Assembly (NCBI GenBank): GCA_965223905.1
Contig: CBDCXV010000009.1
Location: 96,001-160,000, forward strand
DNA from: Candidatus Latescibacterota bacterium
GTDB lineage: Bacteria; Latescibacterota; UBA2968; UBA8231
DNA length: 64,000 bases
Direction of reading: 5' to 3'
This document shows, piece by piece, positions 38,919 to 50,536 of this stretch (positions are counted from its first letter, which is position 1; each line of letters opens with the position of its first letter). The translations under genes and the position numbers were made by a program. The notes beneath the pieces are model-generated. The model ran no database searches. It saw only the letters and a list, made by a program, of their open reading frames with translations, and was not told where the DNA came from.

Positions 38919-40328
38919 TTGATCAACTACCTTGTCGAGCGCTGGCGCGCCGACGGCGGCTACCGCGAGTTCCTCGTCATAGCGTTTCCGCTGGTTCTCA
39001 GCACCGCGGCCTGGAGTGTCCAGCACTTCGTCGACCGCATGTTCCTGACCTGGTACTCGACGGAGGCCATGGCTGCCGCGCTGCCCGGCGGTATGACGAA
39101 CTTCGTCTTCGCCAGCTTTTTCATCGGCATCGCGTCGTACGTCAACACCTTCGTCGCCCAGTACAACGGCGCCGGACGGCGCCGGCGCGTCGGTCCGGCG
39201 CTCTGGCAGGGCGGGTACCTCGCCCTCATCAGCGCTGTCGCGGCCTGCATCCTCATCCTCCTGGCCCAACCGATCTTCGACCTCATCGGCCACGAGCCGT
39301 CGATCCGCGAACGGGAGGTGACCTACTTCAGCATCCTCTGTTTCGGGCATCCGCCGCTGATCCTGTCGACCGCCCTGTCCTGTTTCTACAGCGGCCGCGG
39401 CAGGACCTGGATGGTGTTCAACGTCAACGTCGCCGCGACCGCGGTTAACATCGTTCTCGACTACGGCCTGATCTTCGGCAAGTGGGGCCTGCCGGCCTGG
39501 GGGATTCGCGGCGCCGCCTGGGCGACCAATCTCGCCGAGGTGTTCGCCGCCCTGGTTTTCTGCGCACTGCTGTTGCAGTCGAGGTACCGGCGCGAGTTCG
39601 CTACCCTTTCCGGCTGGCGTTTCGACCGCGAGCTGTTCGGCCGCCTGCTGCGGTTCGGCGGCCCCAACGGCGTCAACTTCATGTTCGACATGATGTCGTT
39701 CTCGCTCTTCATCCTCATCGTGGGCCGCGCCGGGATTCTCGAGCTCACCGCGACGAACCTCGCCTTCAACATCAATGCCCTGGCTTTCATGCCTCTCATC
39801 GGCGCCGGCATCGCCGTGTCGACGATGGTGGGACAGCGGCTCGGACAGAACCGGCCGGAAGCCGCGGCCTATGCAACCTGGTCCGGCCTTCACCTCGCCC
39901 AGCTGTACATGGGAAGCATGGCGCTCGCCTATTTCCTGGTCCCGCAGTGGTTCCTGATGCCGTACGGCCTCGGGGCGTCCGGCGAGGACTTCGAGGCCGC
40001 CAGGGAGATGGCGCTTCTGCTGCTCAACATCGTCGCCCTGTACTGCCTTTTCGACGCCGGCTACATAATTTTCACCGCGGCTCTCAAAGGGGCCGGCGAC
40101 ACCCGCTTCATCCTGTTCGCCGCTCTCGCCGCGGGCTGGTTCGTCATGCTCATACCGGCGTACGCGGCGCACGCCCTTTTCGATGCCAACCTGTACGTCC
40201 TGTGGGGCTTCCTGTGCGCCTACATCATCACCGCGTCGGGCATCTTCTACTGGCGCTTCCGGCAGGGAAAGTGGATGCAGATGCGGGTCATCGAGGAGGA
40301 GCCGCTTACCGGGGCGGCAGGAGGATGA
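38919..40328 (+). CDS. MATE family efflux transporter
   Basis: FVDRMFL, NIVLDYGLIFG, GIRGAAWAT, ALKGAGDTR; about 12 TM. Confidence 0.93.
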   Translation: MINYLVERWRADGGYREFLVIAFPLVLSTAAWSVQHFVDRMFLTWYSTEAMAAALPGGMTNFVFASFFIGIASYVNTFVAQYNGAGRRRRVGPALWQGGYLALISAVAACILILLAQPIFDLIGHEPSIREREVTYFSILCFGHPPLILSTALSCFYSGRGRTWMVFNVNVAATAVNIVLDYGLIFGKWGLPAWGIRGAAWATNLAEVFAALVFCALLLQSRYRREFATLSGWRFDRELFGRLLRFGGPNGVNFMFDMMSFSLFILIVGRAGILELTATNLAFNINALAFMPLIGAGIAVSTMVGQRLGQNRPEAAAYATWSGLHLAQLYMGSMALAYFLVPQWFLMPYGLGASGEDFEAAREMALLLLNIVALYCLFDAGYIIFTAALKGAGDTRFILFAALAAGWFVMLIPAYAAHALFDANLYVLWGFLCAYIITASGIFYWRFRQGKWMQMRVIEEEPLTGAAGG

Positions 40329-40331
40329 GCC

Positions 40332-41231
40332 ATGGCTGACCTGGTCTGGGGCATCGACCTCGGGGGAACGAAGATCGAGGGCGTGGTGCTGCCCTCCCGC
40401 GACTCGGCCGAGCCGCTGTGCCGCCTGCGCGTGGCGACCGGGGCCGAGGGGGGCTACTCCCAGGTGCGCCGCCGCATCTGCGAGCTGGTCGAGGCGATGA
40501 AGTCGGAGGTCGGCGAGGCCCCCCGGGCCCTGGGCATCGGAACGCCTGGGGTCCTCGATCCGGAAACCGGGCGGATCAAGAACAGCAACACCACCTGCCT
40601 GATCGGCGAGCCGCTGCGCGCCGACCTGGAAAAGGAACTCAGCCTCGATGTCGTCCTCGCCAACGACGCCAACTGCTTTGCCCTCGCCGAGGCGAACCTT
40701 GGAGCCGGCAGGGGGGCGGAGACGGTTTTCGGCGTCATCATGGGGACCGGTGTCGGCGGAGGCGTCGTGGTCGACGGCCGCGTCCTCTACGGCTGCCAGG
40801 GAATCGCCGGGGAGTGGGGGCACAACCTCCTCGACGCCTCCGGGCAGGACTGCTACTGCGGCCGCCGCGGCTGTGTCGAGACCTTCCTGTCGGGGCCGCA
40901 CCTCGAGCGCTTCTACGAGCAGGCGGCCGGGCGCCGCCGCACCCTGGCCGAAATCGTCGATCTCCATCGGATGAACTCGGACCGGAACGCCTCGGCCACG
41001 GTCGAGCGCCTGCTCGATTACTTCGGCAGGGCGCTGGCGGTGGTCGTCAACCTCCTCGACCCCCACGCCGTCGTTCTGGGGGGAGGCGTCAGCAACGTCG
41101 ATCTGCTCTACAGCGAGGGTCCCGGCCGGCTGGCGCAGTGGATGTTCAACGACCGCTGCGAGACGCGGATTGTCCGCAACCAGCTCGGGGACAGCGCCGG
41201 GGTTTTCGGCGCCGCCATGCTGGTTGCCTGA
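40332..41231 (+). CDS. ROK family sugar kinase (Mak/fructokinase-like)
   Basis: GIDLGGTKIE, NDANCFALAE, GTGVGGG, GEWGH, CYCGRRGCVE. Confidence 0.93.
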   Translation: MADLVWGIDLGGTKIEGVVLPSRDSAEPLCRLRVATGAEGGYSQVRRRICELVEAMKSEVGEAPRALGIGTPGVLDPETGRIKNSNTTCLIGEPLRADLEKELSLDVVLANDANCFALAEANLGAGRGAETVFGVIMGTGVGGGVVVDGRVLYGCQGIAGEWGHNLLDASGQDCYCGRRGCVETFLSGPHLERFYEQAAGRRRTLAEIVDLHRMNSDRNASATVERLLDYFGRALAVVVNLLDPHAVVLGGGVSNVDLLYSEGPGRLAQWMFNDRCETRIVRNQLGDSAGVFGAAMLVA

Positions 41232-41241
41232 CTTCCCCGGC

Positions 41242-41949
41242 TCACTGCTGCCGCCGCCGCTTCCACTCCTCGAACTCGGCGAGGGTCTGCTCGTCCGGGG
41301 GGTAGTTGCCGACGATGCTCGCCCCGGAGCGGATGCGCTCGAGAATGAAATCCTCTCTCTCTTCCATCTCCCCCGCTGCCAAGGCCACGGTGTCGGCGAG
41401 ATGCCGCGGGATGACGACCACTCCCTCGCTGTCCCCGACGACGATGTCGCCGGGAAACACGGCGACGCCGCCGCAGGCGATCGGCACCTGGATCTCGCTG
41501 GGATGGTGAACGGTCTTGTTGCTGTGGGCGTTCATCGCCGCGGCGAACGCGGGGATGCCGATTTCGGCGATCGCCGGGGAATCCCTGTAGGCGCCGTCGG
41601 TGACGATGCCGGCCCCGCCCCTGGCGTGGATCCGCGTCGCCAGGATGTTGCCCATGGTACCTGCCGAGGTCTCGCCGCGGGCGTCGATGACGAACACCTC
41701 GCCGGCCGCCAGCTGCTCTATGCCGACGCGCTGCGGGTCGGTCAGGTTGTCGACCTCGCCGGAGTCGAGATCTTCCCGCGCCGGGATGTAGCGCAGCGTG
41801 TACGCCGGCCCGGCCATTTTCATATTGGGCAGTGGTTCGACTCCCTGCATGTAGGTGTTGCCGAGGCCGTGCGCTTTCAGCACAGAGGTCAGGGTGGCGG
41901 TGCTCGGAAGCTGGAGCTTGTCGAGGGTTTGCCGGGATACGGTGGTCAT
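41242..41949 (-). CDS. RraA-like / HMG aldolase family protein
   Basis: AGPAYTLRY, VIDARG, GIVTDGAYRD, VFPGDIVVGDSEGVVVIP. Confidence 0.88.
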   Translation of the reverse strand: MTTVSRQTLDKLQLPSTATLTSVLKAHGLGNTYMQGVEPLPNMKMAGPAYTLRYIPAREDLDSGEVDNLTDPQRVGIEQLAAGEVFVIDARGETSAGTMGNILATRIHARGGAGIVTDGAYRDSPAIAEIGIPAFAAAMNAHSNKTVHHPSEIQVPIACGGVAVFPGDIVVGDSEGVVVIPRHLADTVALAAGEMEEREDFILERIRSGASIVGNYPPDEQTLAEFEEWKRRRQQ

Positions 41950-42044
41950 GGAAAGGTCCGTGGGTTGCGGATGAGCGGTGGTGGATGGCCGTACAGTAAT
42001 CCTCTGCCGCGGATCGTCAAACGCGCCGGAGGAGAGCCTGGACC

Positions 42045-42593
42045 ATGCCCCTCGCGGTAGAACCGGAGCGCCCTGTGCTGGCGCTGTGCGCGGTCATGGC
42101 CCGGCGCCCGCTTCTCGACGGCGTCGCCGCGGACCTCGAGAAGGAGGTCGGTCCCCTCGGCCCCCGGGGTCCCGTCTACCGGTTCGACTACACCAGCTAC
42201 TACGAGAGGGAAATGGGCGGGGAGCTCTGCAAGCAGATCCTCGCCTTTGCGGACCTGGTGCCTCCCCACCGACTGGCGCAGCTGAAGGAGCGCACCATGG
42301 AGATAGAGCGCCGCCTGGCGGTGGAAGACGGCAGCGGAGGCCGGCGTCGGTGCGCCAACATCGATCCCGGGCTTCTGTCGGAGGGCTCCCTGGTGCTGGC
42401 GACCGCCAAGTACGGCCGCCATCGCATCGCCGTCGCACCTGGACTGTACGCCGAGATCACCCTGCTATTCGAGCGCGGACGCTACCGCGGGCAGCCGTGG
42501 ACGTACGCCGATTACAGGAGCGAGGAGATGCAGGCTTTCCTGCTCCTGCTGCGGCGGGACCTGCTGGAGCGGAGGCGGCGCGAGAGCCGCTAG
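42045..42593 (+). CDS. DUF4416 family protein
   Basis: FDYTSYYEREMG, NIDPG, LVLATAK, HRI, YAEITL, WTYADYR. Confidence 0.82.
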   Translation: MPLAVEPERPVLALCAVMARRPLLDGVAADLEKEVGPLGPRGPVYRFDYTSYYEREMGGELCKQILAFADLVPPHRLAQLKERTMEIERRLAVEDGSGGRRRCANIDPGLLSEGSLVLATAKYGRHRIAVAPGLYAEITLLFERGRYRGQPWTYADYRSEEMQAFLLLLRRDLLERRRRESR

Positions 42594-42698
42594 CCCCTGT
42601 GCGCGGAGATCAAGCGTACGGCGAGGGCGGACCAACTGCGTCCTTTCGCCGATGCGACCGCTCGCAAGGTGTCTGAGCGAGTCGTATCGGGGGTATAC

Positions 42699-42828
42699 GG
42701 CGAGCGAAGCACCGAGGTAAGCCGGGATTGAGGGGAATCGCACAGATGAACTGGCTTGGGTTGATCCGCGATTACCCTTCGAGATGCAGCGGCGGCTGGA
42801 TTCACGGGGGATTGCGCGCGCAATCCCC
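42699..42828. repeat. Dispersed intergenic repeat, copy 2, ending in a perfect 22-bp palindrome
   Basis: Homologous to 37961-38087; GGGGATTGCGCGCGCAATCCCC at 42807-42828. Confidence 0.8.
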
Positions 42829-42958
42829 AGCCTGCCCCGTTAATCCGAGTTCCGAACAGGAGCCCTGGGCGAGCCGTAAGGGAGTGACGGTGAGCTGAGA
42901 AACGCCCGGAGACCGGACGCCGCGGTCGGATACCGGATAATCAGCCGCCCGCAGACGA

Positions 42959-44089
42959 CTAGCGCTCGTCCAGCGGCACGAACGGCCTCGGCTCCTCCCC
43001 GGTGTATATGTGTCCGGGGCGGATCAGGCGGTTGTTCTCGTGCTGCTCGATGACGTGGGCGGCCCAGCCGGCGATGCGGCTGGCGACGAAGATCGGCGTG
43101 AACAGGGGAATCGGAATCCCCATCATGTAGTAGGTGTAGCCGCAGGGGAAATCGACGTTGGGGTGAATCCCCTTCTCGCGGATCATCGTGGTCTCGACTG
43201 TTTCCCCCATCTCGACCCACTTCGATTCTCCGGTCGCCGCGGAGATTGCGCGCGCCACCTGCTTCATCGAGGGGACGCGCGAGTCCCCCGACTTGTACTC
43301 GCGGTGGCCGAAGCCCATGATCTTCTTCTTCTCAGCGAGGGCATCGAGCACCCACTGCTCCGCTTTCGAAGGGTCGCCGATCTCGAGCAGCATTGCCATG
43401 GCCTGCTCGTTGGCGCCGCCGTGCAGGGCTCCGGCGAGGGCGCCGATCCCGCTGGTCACGGCGGCGTGCAGATCGCTCAAGGTCGAAGCGGTCACCCGCG
43501 CTGCGAAAGCCGAGGCGTTGTACCCGTGCTCGGCGTAGAGGATCAGCGATACGTCCATCGCCGAGGTTTCGTGCCCGGCCGGGGCGCTGCCCCTCAGCAT
43601 GTACAGCAGATTCTCCGCGTGCCCGAAGGTATCGTCCGGGGCCACCGGATCCTCCCCCCGGCCCAGGCGGTAGCCCGCGGCGATCAGGGTGGGGGTCTTG
43701 GCGATGATCCGCGCCGCCTTGCGGATGTTGGCCTCGCGGCTGTTGTCTCCGGCGTCGGGGTCGTGCAGTGCCAGTGCCGAGACGCCGGTGCGCAGCAGGG
43801 TCATCGGGTGGGCGTCCGGCGGCGCCTGCGCCAGGATCTCCGCGACCTGCCCGGGGACAGTGCGTTCGGCGGCCAGGGCGGCGCTGAAGCGGTGGAGCTG
43901 TTCCGCGGTCGGCAGGTCTCCGTGGAGCAGCAGGTAGGCGACCTCCTCGTAGCTCGCCCCTTCCGTCAGGGCGACGAGGTCGTATCCGCGGATGATCAGG
44001 CGGTTGCGCTCCACGTCGATCCGGGAGATCGCGGATTCGCCGCCGATCACCCCCTCGAGACCGGGACTGTAGGCTGGCTTTTCAGACAT
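42959..44089 (-). CDS. prpC: 2-methylcitrate synthase / citrate synthase
   Basis: GLEGV, YAEHGYNAS, LHGGANE, MGFGHR, PNVDF; adjacent to prpB. Confidence 0.88.
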   Translation of the reverse strand: MSEKPAYSPGLEGVIGGESAISRIDVERNRLIIRGYDLVALTEGASYEEVAYLLLHGDLPTAEQLHRFSAALAAERTVPGQVAEILAQAPPDAHPMTLLRTGVSALALHDPDAGDNSREANIRKAARIIAKTPTLIAAGYRLGRGEDPVAPDDTFGHAENLLYMLRGSAPAGHETSAMDVSLILYAEHGYNASAFAARVTASTLSDLHAAVTSGIGALAGALHGGANEQAMAMLLEIGDPSKAEQWVLDALAEKKKIMGFGHREYKSGDSRVPSMKQVARAISAATGESKWVEMGETVETTMIREKGIHPNVDFPCGYTYYMMGIPIPLFTPIFVASRIAGWAAHVIEQHENNRLIRPGHIYTGEEPRPFVPLDER

Positions 44090-44092
44090 CGA

Positions 44093-45010
44093 TCAGCGTT
44101 CCTCCGATTGTTTGTCCGGGTACGCCCCGGCCAGCGCGGCGTCCGTTTCCCGGTACTCGTCGTAGCGCAGCAGGTCGTAGAGCTCCCCGCGCGTCTGCAT
44201 GCGATCCTTGAGGGCTCTCGGCGTCCCCCGCTCCATCAGCTCGGTGAGCACCCCTTCGACCGCTTTCATCATGACGCGGAAAGCCGTCATCGGGAAGATC
44301 ACCATGCGATAGCCGAGGTCGCTGAACTGCTGCGCGGTGAGGTCGGGCGTTTTCCCGAACTCGGTCATGTTGGCCAGGAGGGGCGCCTGCACGAGCTCGG
44401 CGTAGCGCCCGAATTCATCCTCCGTTTCGAGGGCCTCGATGAAGACCGCGTCGGCCCCGGACTCGAGGTAGCGCAGCCCTCGCTCGACCGCGGCGTCGAA
44501 CCCCTCGACGGCGCGCGCGTCGCAGCGGGCGATCAGGGTGAAATCCGGGTTCTCCCGCGCCGCCGCGGCGGCGGCGAGCTTGCGCTGCATCTCCTCCGTG
44601 GAGATCAGGGTCTTGCCCTCGAGATGGCCGCAGCGCTTGGGGGCCTGCTGGTCCTCGAGGTGGACGCCGGCGAGGCCTGCGCGCTCGAAGGCCTGGACGG
44701 CCCGCATTACCTGCAGGGCCTCTCCGAACCCGGTGTCGGCGTCGCAGATCGCCGGAACCTCGACCGCCTGGGCGATGTACGCGGCTTCGCGAACCACCTC
44801 CTCCATGCCCAGCAGCCCGATGTCGGGGTAGCCCGCGGTGCCGTTGATAAGCCCCGCTCCGGAGATGTAGAGCGCCTCGAACCCGGTGCGCTCGGCGAGC
44901 ATGGCCACGGGCGCGTTGAACACTCCCGGCATGACGACGGTCTTTCCAGCGATGGCGCCGCGGAACGCCGCGCACTTCCGAGCCGGTGATGTGCGGGGCT
45001 TCAGAAGCAA
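44093..45010 (-). CDS. prpB: Methylisocitrate lyase
   Basis: DADTGFG, EDQQAPKRCGHLEGK, LANMTEFGKT, MQTR.ELY; start codon uncertain. Confidence 0.92.
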   Translation of the reverse strand: MLLKPRTSPARKCAAFRGAIAGKTVVMPGVFNAPVAMLAERTGFEALYISGAGLINGTAGYPDIGLLGMEEVVREAAYIAQAVEVPAICDADTGFGEALQVMRAVQAFERAGLAGVHLEDQQAPKRCGHLEGKTLISTEEMQRKLAAAAAARENPDFTLIARCDARAVEGFDAAVERGLRYLESGADAVFIEALETEDEFGRYAELVQAPLLANMTEFGKTPDLTAQQFSDLGYRMVIFPMTAFRVMMKAVEGVLTELMERGTPRALKDRMQTRGELYDLLRYDEYRETDAALAGAYPDKQSEER

Positions 45011-45113
45011 GGGCAGGCGCTCTGCGGAGGAGTTTGACGCCGCCGGAGCTCCGCGAAATGGGGCATCCGGCCGCGGTGGGCGAGGTCCATCAGGCAGCGC
45101 TCGGGAAGCGGCT

Positions 45114-46412
45114 TCACCGTCCGGCCCCCAGACCGCCGCCTGCAATCGTGGCGTCGCGGTCGGCCCCGACCGAAATCAGCGACACCGGGGCGCCGGTGAG
45201 CTCGCTGATGCGCCCGACGTAGCGGCGCGCCTCCTCGGGAAGCTCCTCGATCCTGCGGGCATCGGTGGTCGGCGTGCACCACCCGGGCAGTTCCTCGTAG
45301 ATCGGGGTGCAGCGCTCGAGCACGCGGGAATCCATCGGGAACTCCTCGACCGTCTCCCCTTCGAGCCGGTACCCCGTGCACAGCTTCAGCCGGTCGACCG
45401 TGTCGAGGATGTCGAGCCGGGTAATTGCCAGGCTCGTCAGGCCGTTGACGAGGCGTGCCCGCCGCAGGATCGTCGCGTCGAACCAGCCGCAGCGCCGCGG
45501 CCGGCCGGTGGTCGCGCCGTATTCACGGCCGAGCTCGCGAATGCGGTCCCCCTCTTTTCCGAGCAGCTCCGTCGGGAAGGGACCGTTGCCGACCCGGGTC
45601 GTGTACGCCTTGGTGACTCCGATAACCTCGTCTATGCGCGTCGGCCCGATGCCGGTGCCGGTGCAGGCGCCTCCCGCGGTCGTGTTCGACGAGGTGACGA
45701 ACGGGTAGGTGCCGTGGTCGATGTCGAGGAGGGTGCCCTGGGCCCCCTCGAACAGCACCGTCCTGCCGTCGTCGAGCATGTTGTTGAGCAGCACCGACGT
45801 ATCGGTCACGAAGGGGCGCAGGCGCTCGGCGCTGGCCAGGCAGGCATCGACGATGGCGGCTTCGTCGAGAGGCTCCAGCCCGTAGATGCGGGTGAGGATC
45901 CGGTTCTTGGCACTGACCGTGCCGGTCAGCTTCTCGCGCAGGGGTCCGGCGTCGAGCAGGTCGATCACCCTGAGGCCGTGGACCCTTTCGACCTTGTCGC
46001 GGTAGGCGGGGCCGATGCCGCGCAGGGTCGTGCCGAGTTTTTCGTTTCCACGGCTCTCCTCCCCGGCCTTTTCGAGCACCTTGTGATACGACATCACGAG
46101 ATGGGCGGTGGCGCTGATGAACAGGCGCCCGTCGACGGAGATGCCGCGCCCGGCCAGCTCGTCGAGCTCCTGCAGCAGCGCCTCGGGGTCGAGCACCACC
46201 CCGTTGCCGATGACGCAGGTCTTGCCGGGGTGCAGGATTCCGGCGGGAATGACGTGAAAGATGAAGACATCGTCCCCCACCTTGACTGTGTGCCCGGCGT
46301 TGGCGCCCCCCTGGTAGCGCACCACGCAGTCCGCTTCGTCGGTCAGATAGTCGACGACCTTGGCCTTTCCCTCGTCCCCCCACTGGGCGCCGAGAACCAC
46401 TTTGGTCGGCAT
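45114..46412 (-). CDS. purA: Adenylosuccinate synthetase
   Basis: QWGDEGK, GGANAGHT, EGAQG, GTYPFVTSS, TTGRPRRCGW. Confidence 0.97.
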   Translation of the reverse strand: MPTKVVLGAQWGDEGKAKVVDYLTDEADCVVRYQGGANAGHTVKVGDDVFIFHVIPAGILHPGKTCVIGNGVVLDPEALLQELDELAGRGISVDGRLFISATAHLVMSYHKVLEKAGEESRGNEKLGTTLRGIGPAYRDKVERVHGLRVIDLLDAGPLREKLTGTVSAKNRILTRIYGLEPLDEAAIVDACLASAERLRPFVTDTSVLLNNMLDDGRTVLFEGAQGTLLDIDHGTYPFVTSSNTTAGGACTGTGIGPTRIDEVIGVTKAYTTRVGNGPFPTELLGKEGDRIRELGREYGATTGRPRRCGWFDATILRRARLVNGLTSLAITRLDILDTVDRLKLCTGYRLEGETVEEFPMDSRVLERCTPIYEELPGWCTPTTDARRIEELPEEARRYVGRISELTGAPVSLISVGADRDATIAGGGLGAGR

Positions 46413-46433
46413 GGCCGCTCCCCTACCTGCCTC

Positions 46434-48013
46434 TCACAGGCTGACCCGGGTCGCCCACTTGACCTGGTCGCTGGCCAGCAGCTCGTCGAGCACGGCGTCC
46501 GGTATCCTGCTGTCGACGTTGAGGATGGTCAGGGCGCGCCCGCCGACCTGCTGCCGGCCGCAGGACATCTGCGCGATGTTGACCCCATGGGACCCCATGA
46601 TGGTGCCGACGCGCCCGATGACACCGGGGATGTCCTCGTTGATGTAGAAAAGCATGTTTCCTTCCGGGACGGCGTCGAAGTGGTAGTCGTCGAGGCGCAC
46701 GATGCGCGGGTCGCTCTTGCCGAAAATCGTCCCTGACAGCACCCGTTCGCTGCCGGCGTGGTAGACGACTGTGATCATGCTGGCGAAGTCCTCCGGCTCG
46801 CTGCTCTTCAGCTCGTCGACCGAGAGGCCTCGTTCCTGGGCGAAGATCGGGGCGTTGACGAAGTTGACGATCTCGTCGGAAATCGTCTCCATGAGGCCCT
46901 TGAGGACCGCCGCGGTGATCGGCGAGGTCGGGTGGTTGGTGACTTCGCCGTGATACTCCACGGTGATCCGCTCCAGCTGTCCGGTTCCGAGCTGCGCCTG
47001 AATCCGCCCCATGCGCTCGGCGAGATCTAGGTAGGGTTGCAGCGTCCGGTACACCTCCGGCTCGACATCGGGAAGGTTGACGGCGTTGCGGACCGGCATG
47101 TCGGTCAACGTCTCGCCGACCTGTTCCGCTACCTGCAGCGCCACGCTCGCCTGTGCTTCCTCGGTAGAGGCCCCGATATGGGGGGTGCAGACGACGGAAT
47201 CGTGGAAAACCAGCTCGTTCTCCTCGCCGGGGGGTTCCTGCTCGAGCACGTCGAGGGCGGCCCCGGCGACCTTGCCGGAGTTCAGGCCCTCGAGCAGGGC
47301 CTCTTCGTCGACGATGCCGCCGCGAGCGCAGTTGATGATGCGCACGCCATCCTTGCAGGAAGCGATCTGTTCCCGGGAAAGGTAGTGCCGCGTCTGGTCG
47401 GTCAGATGAAGGTGGATGCTGATGAAATCCGACTCTGCGTAGAGCTGTTCGAGGGGTACCAGCTGGGCGCCGTGCGAAAGGGCGGCCTCGGCCGAGACGT
47501 AGGGATCGTGCCCGAGAACGCGCATGTGAAAGGCACCGGCCCGATGCGCCACCTCGCGGCCGACCTTGCCGAGACCGACGATGCCGAGGGTCTTTCCGGC
47601 GAGCTCGACCCCGGTGAAGCGGGTGCGTTCCCAACGGCCGGTGCGTACCGATGCCGACGCCCCGGGAATCTGCCGTGCAAGCGCCAGGAGCAGCCCGAAG
47701 CAGTGCTCGGCGGTAGAGGTCGAGTTGCCCCCGGGGGTGTTCATCACCACGATCCCGCGGCGGCTCGCCGCGGCGACGTCGATGTTGTCGACCCCGGCGC
47801 CGGCGCGGCCGATCACCCGCAGACGATTGCCCGCGCCAATCACCTCCTCGGTGACCTTGGTGCTCGAACGCACGATCAGCCCCTCGTAGTCGCCGATCGC
47901 TTCGAGGAGCCCTGCGGGCGTCAGGTCGGTGCGCACCTCGACCGAAATCCCCGGAAAGCGCGCCAGCAGATCGACGCAGCCGGGATCCATGGGGTCGCTG
48001 ATTAGGACTTTCA

Positions 48014-48014
<1 letters not shown>
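46434..48014 (-). CDS. serA: D-3-phosphoglycerate dehydrogenase (with ASB/ACT domains)
   Basis: GRAGAGVDNID, NTPGGN, NCARGG, TPHIGASTEEAQ, C-terminal ACT (DIPGVIG..NIA). Confidence 0.95.
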
Positions 48015-48625
<611 letters not shown>

Positions 48626-48647
48626 AGCCTGTGGGGCCGGGTCCCGG

Positions 48648-49898
48648 TCATGCCCGCTGGCGCATTATTTCGTTTTCGTCGTCGATGTTTTCGACCCCTT
48701 TCAGGATCATCTCGGACGTCACGACGAGCTCTCCGACGTTGTCGCGGGAGGGGGTGTCGTACATGATATCCATCATCGACTGCTCGAGCACCGAGCGCAA
48801 ACCGCGAGCCCCGGTACTCTTCCTGACCGTCAGGTCCACGACCGTATGCAGCGCCTCTTCGGTAAAATCGAGGGTGACCCCGTCGATCTCGAACAGCCTG
48901 CATACCTGCCTGACGATGGCGTTCTTCGGTTCCGTCAGGATCCGGAACAGGTCTTCCTCGGTGAGCGGGTCCATGGTGGTAACCACCGGGACGCGTCCCA
49001 CGTACTCCGGAATCAGCCCGTACGCCAGCAGGTCCTCGGGCTGGACCTCGCTCAGCACCGCCATCGGATCGGTATCGTGGGTTTCCGAATCGTCCGCGGC
49101 GCCGAATCCGAGGGTGCGGCGTCCCACGCGATGGGAGATGATCTTCTCCAGCCCCTCGAAGGCGCCTCCGCAAATGAAGAGGATGTTGCCGGTGTTGATC
49201 TGGATCATCGACTGCTCTGGATGCTTGCGCCCTCCCTTCGGCGGGATGTTGGCGACCGTGCCTTCGAGGATTTTCAGGAGGGCCTGCTGCACTCCTTCCC
49301 CCGATACGTCGCGGCTCACCGCAGGGGTGGCGGACTTGCGCGCGATCTTGTCGACCTCGTCGAGGTAGACGATCCCCTTCTCGGCGCGCGCGACGTCGTA
49401 GTCGGCGGCCTGCAGCAGTCCGACGAGGATGTTCTCGACGTCTTCGCCGACGTACCCGGCTTCGGTCAGGATGGTGGCGTCGGCTATGGAGAACGGCACC
49501 TGAAGCACCTTCGCCAGGGTCTGGGCCAGCAATGTTTTCCCGGTACCGGTGGGCCCGACGAGAATGATGTTGCTCTTCTCGAGCTCGACCTCGTCGAGGG
49601 AGACGTTGGACCGGATGCGCTTGTAGTGGTTGTACACAGCCACCGAAAGGATCTTCTTGGCCCGGTCCTGCCCGATGACGTAGTCGTCGAGAAACGATTT
49701 GATGTCGAGCGGTTTGGGCAGGGCTCCGGTTTCCCAAGGCGTCTGCTTCCTGTTTTCCGCCAGCACCTCGTTGCAGAGCTTCACGCACTCGTTGCAGATG
49801 TGCACGGACGGACCGGTAATGATCTTTTCGACCTGGGAGGCTCCGCGGGCGCAGAAGGAGCATTTCGGGTCGGTCTTGGAAGGAGGACGGCGTTTCAC
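48648..49898 (-). CDS. clpX: ATP-dependent Clp protease ATP-binding subunit ClpX
   Basis: CSFC...ICNEC zinc finger, [30 protein letters not shown]. Confidence 0.97.
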   Translation of the reverse strand: MKRRPPSKTDPKCSFCARGASQVEKIITGPSVHICNECVKLCNEVLAENRKQTPWETGALPKPLDIKSFLDDYVIGQDRAKKILSVAVYNHYKRIRSNVSLDEVELEKSNIILVGPTGTGKTLLAQTLAKVLQVPFSIADATILTEAGYVGEDVENILVGLLQAADYDVARAEKGIVYLDEVDKIARKSATPAVSRDVSGEGVQQALLKILEGTVANIPPKGGRKHPEQSMIQINTGNILFICGGAFEGLEKIISHRVGRRTLGFGAADDSETHDTDPMAVLSEVQPEDLLAYGLIPEYVGRVPVVTTMDPLTEEDLFRILTEPKNAIVRQVCRLFEIDGVTLDFTEEALHTVVDLTVRKSTGARGLRSVLEQSMMDIMYDTPSRDNVGELVVTSEMILKGVENIDDENEIMRQRA

Positions 49899-49924
49899 TC
49901 TGTTTCAGCTGTTTGAACGGGGTG

Positions 49925-50536
49925 TCAGCCGGCCGCTTCTGCAGACTGGGCGATTCCGGTTGGTTGGATGATCTCGTCGATGAGTCCGTACTCGAGCGCT
50001 TCGTCGGGGCTCATGTAGAAGTCCCGTTCCGTGTCCCTGCGTATCGTCCCGAGATCCTTGCCGGTGCAGTCGGCGAGAATGTCGTTGATCTGCTCGCGAA
50101 TCTCGATAATCTCGCGAGCGTGGATCTCCATGTCGGAGGCCTGGCCGCCGATGCCCCCCATCGGCTGATGGAGTAGAATGCGCGCATTGGGCAGGCTCTG
50201 GCGCTTCCCCCTGGCGCCGCCGGCCAGGAGCACGGCCGACATGCTCGAGGCCTGGCCCATGCAGATCGTGGCGATGTCGGGCTGGACGTACTGCATGGTG
50301 TCGAATACCGCCATCCCCGCGGTCACCGATCCACCCGGGCTGTTGATGTACAGCGAGATGTCCCGCTTGGGATCTTCGGAAGCGAGAAACAGCATCTGGG
50401 CGATGGCGAGGTTGGCGATCCCGTCCCCTATCGGCGTACCGATGAAGATGATGCGCTCCTTGAGCAGGCGGGAGTAGATGTCATACGAGCGTTCGCCTCT
50501 GCCCGTCTGCTCTATCACCATGGGTATCAGGGACAC
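49925..50536 (-). CDS. clpP: ATP-dependent Clp protease proteolytic subunit
   Basis: [32 protein letters not shown]. Confidence 0.97.
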   Translation of the reverse strand: MSLIPMVIEQTGRGERSYDIYSRLLKERIIFIGTPIGDGIANLAIAQMLFLASEDPKRDISLYINSPGGSVTAGMAVFDTMQYVQPDIATICMGQASSMSAVLLAGGARGKRQSLPNARILLHQPMGGIGGQASDMEIHAREIIEIREQINDILADCTGKDLGTIRRDTERDFYMSPDEALEYGLIDEIIQPTGIAQSAEAAG

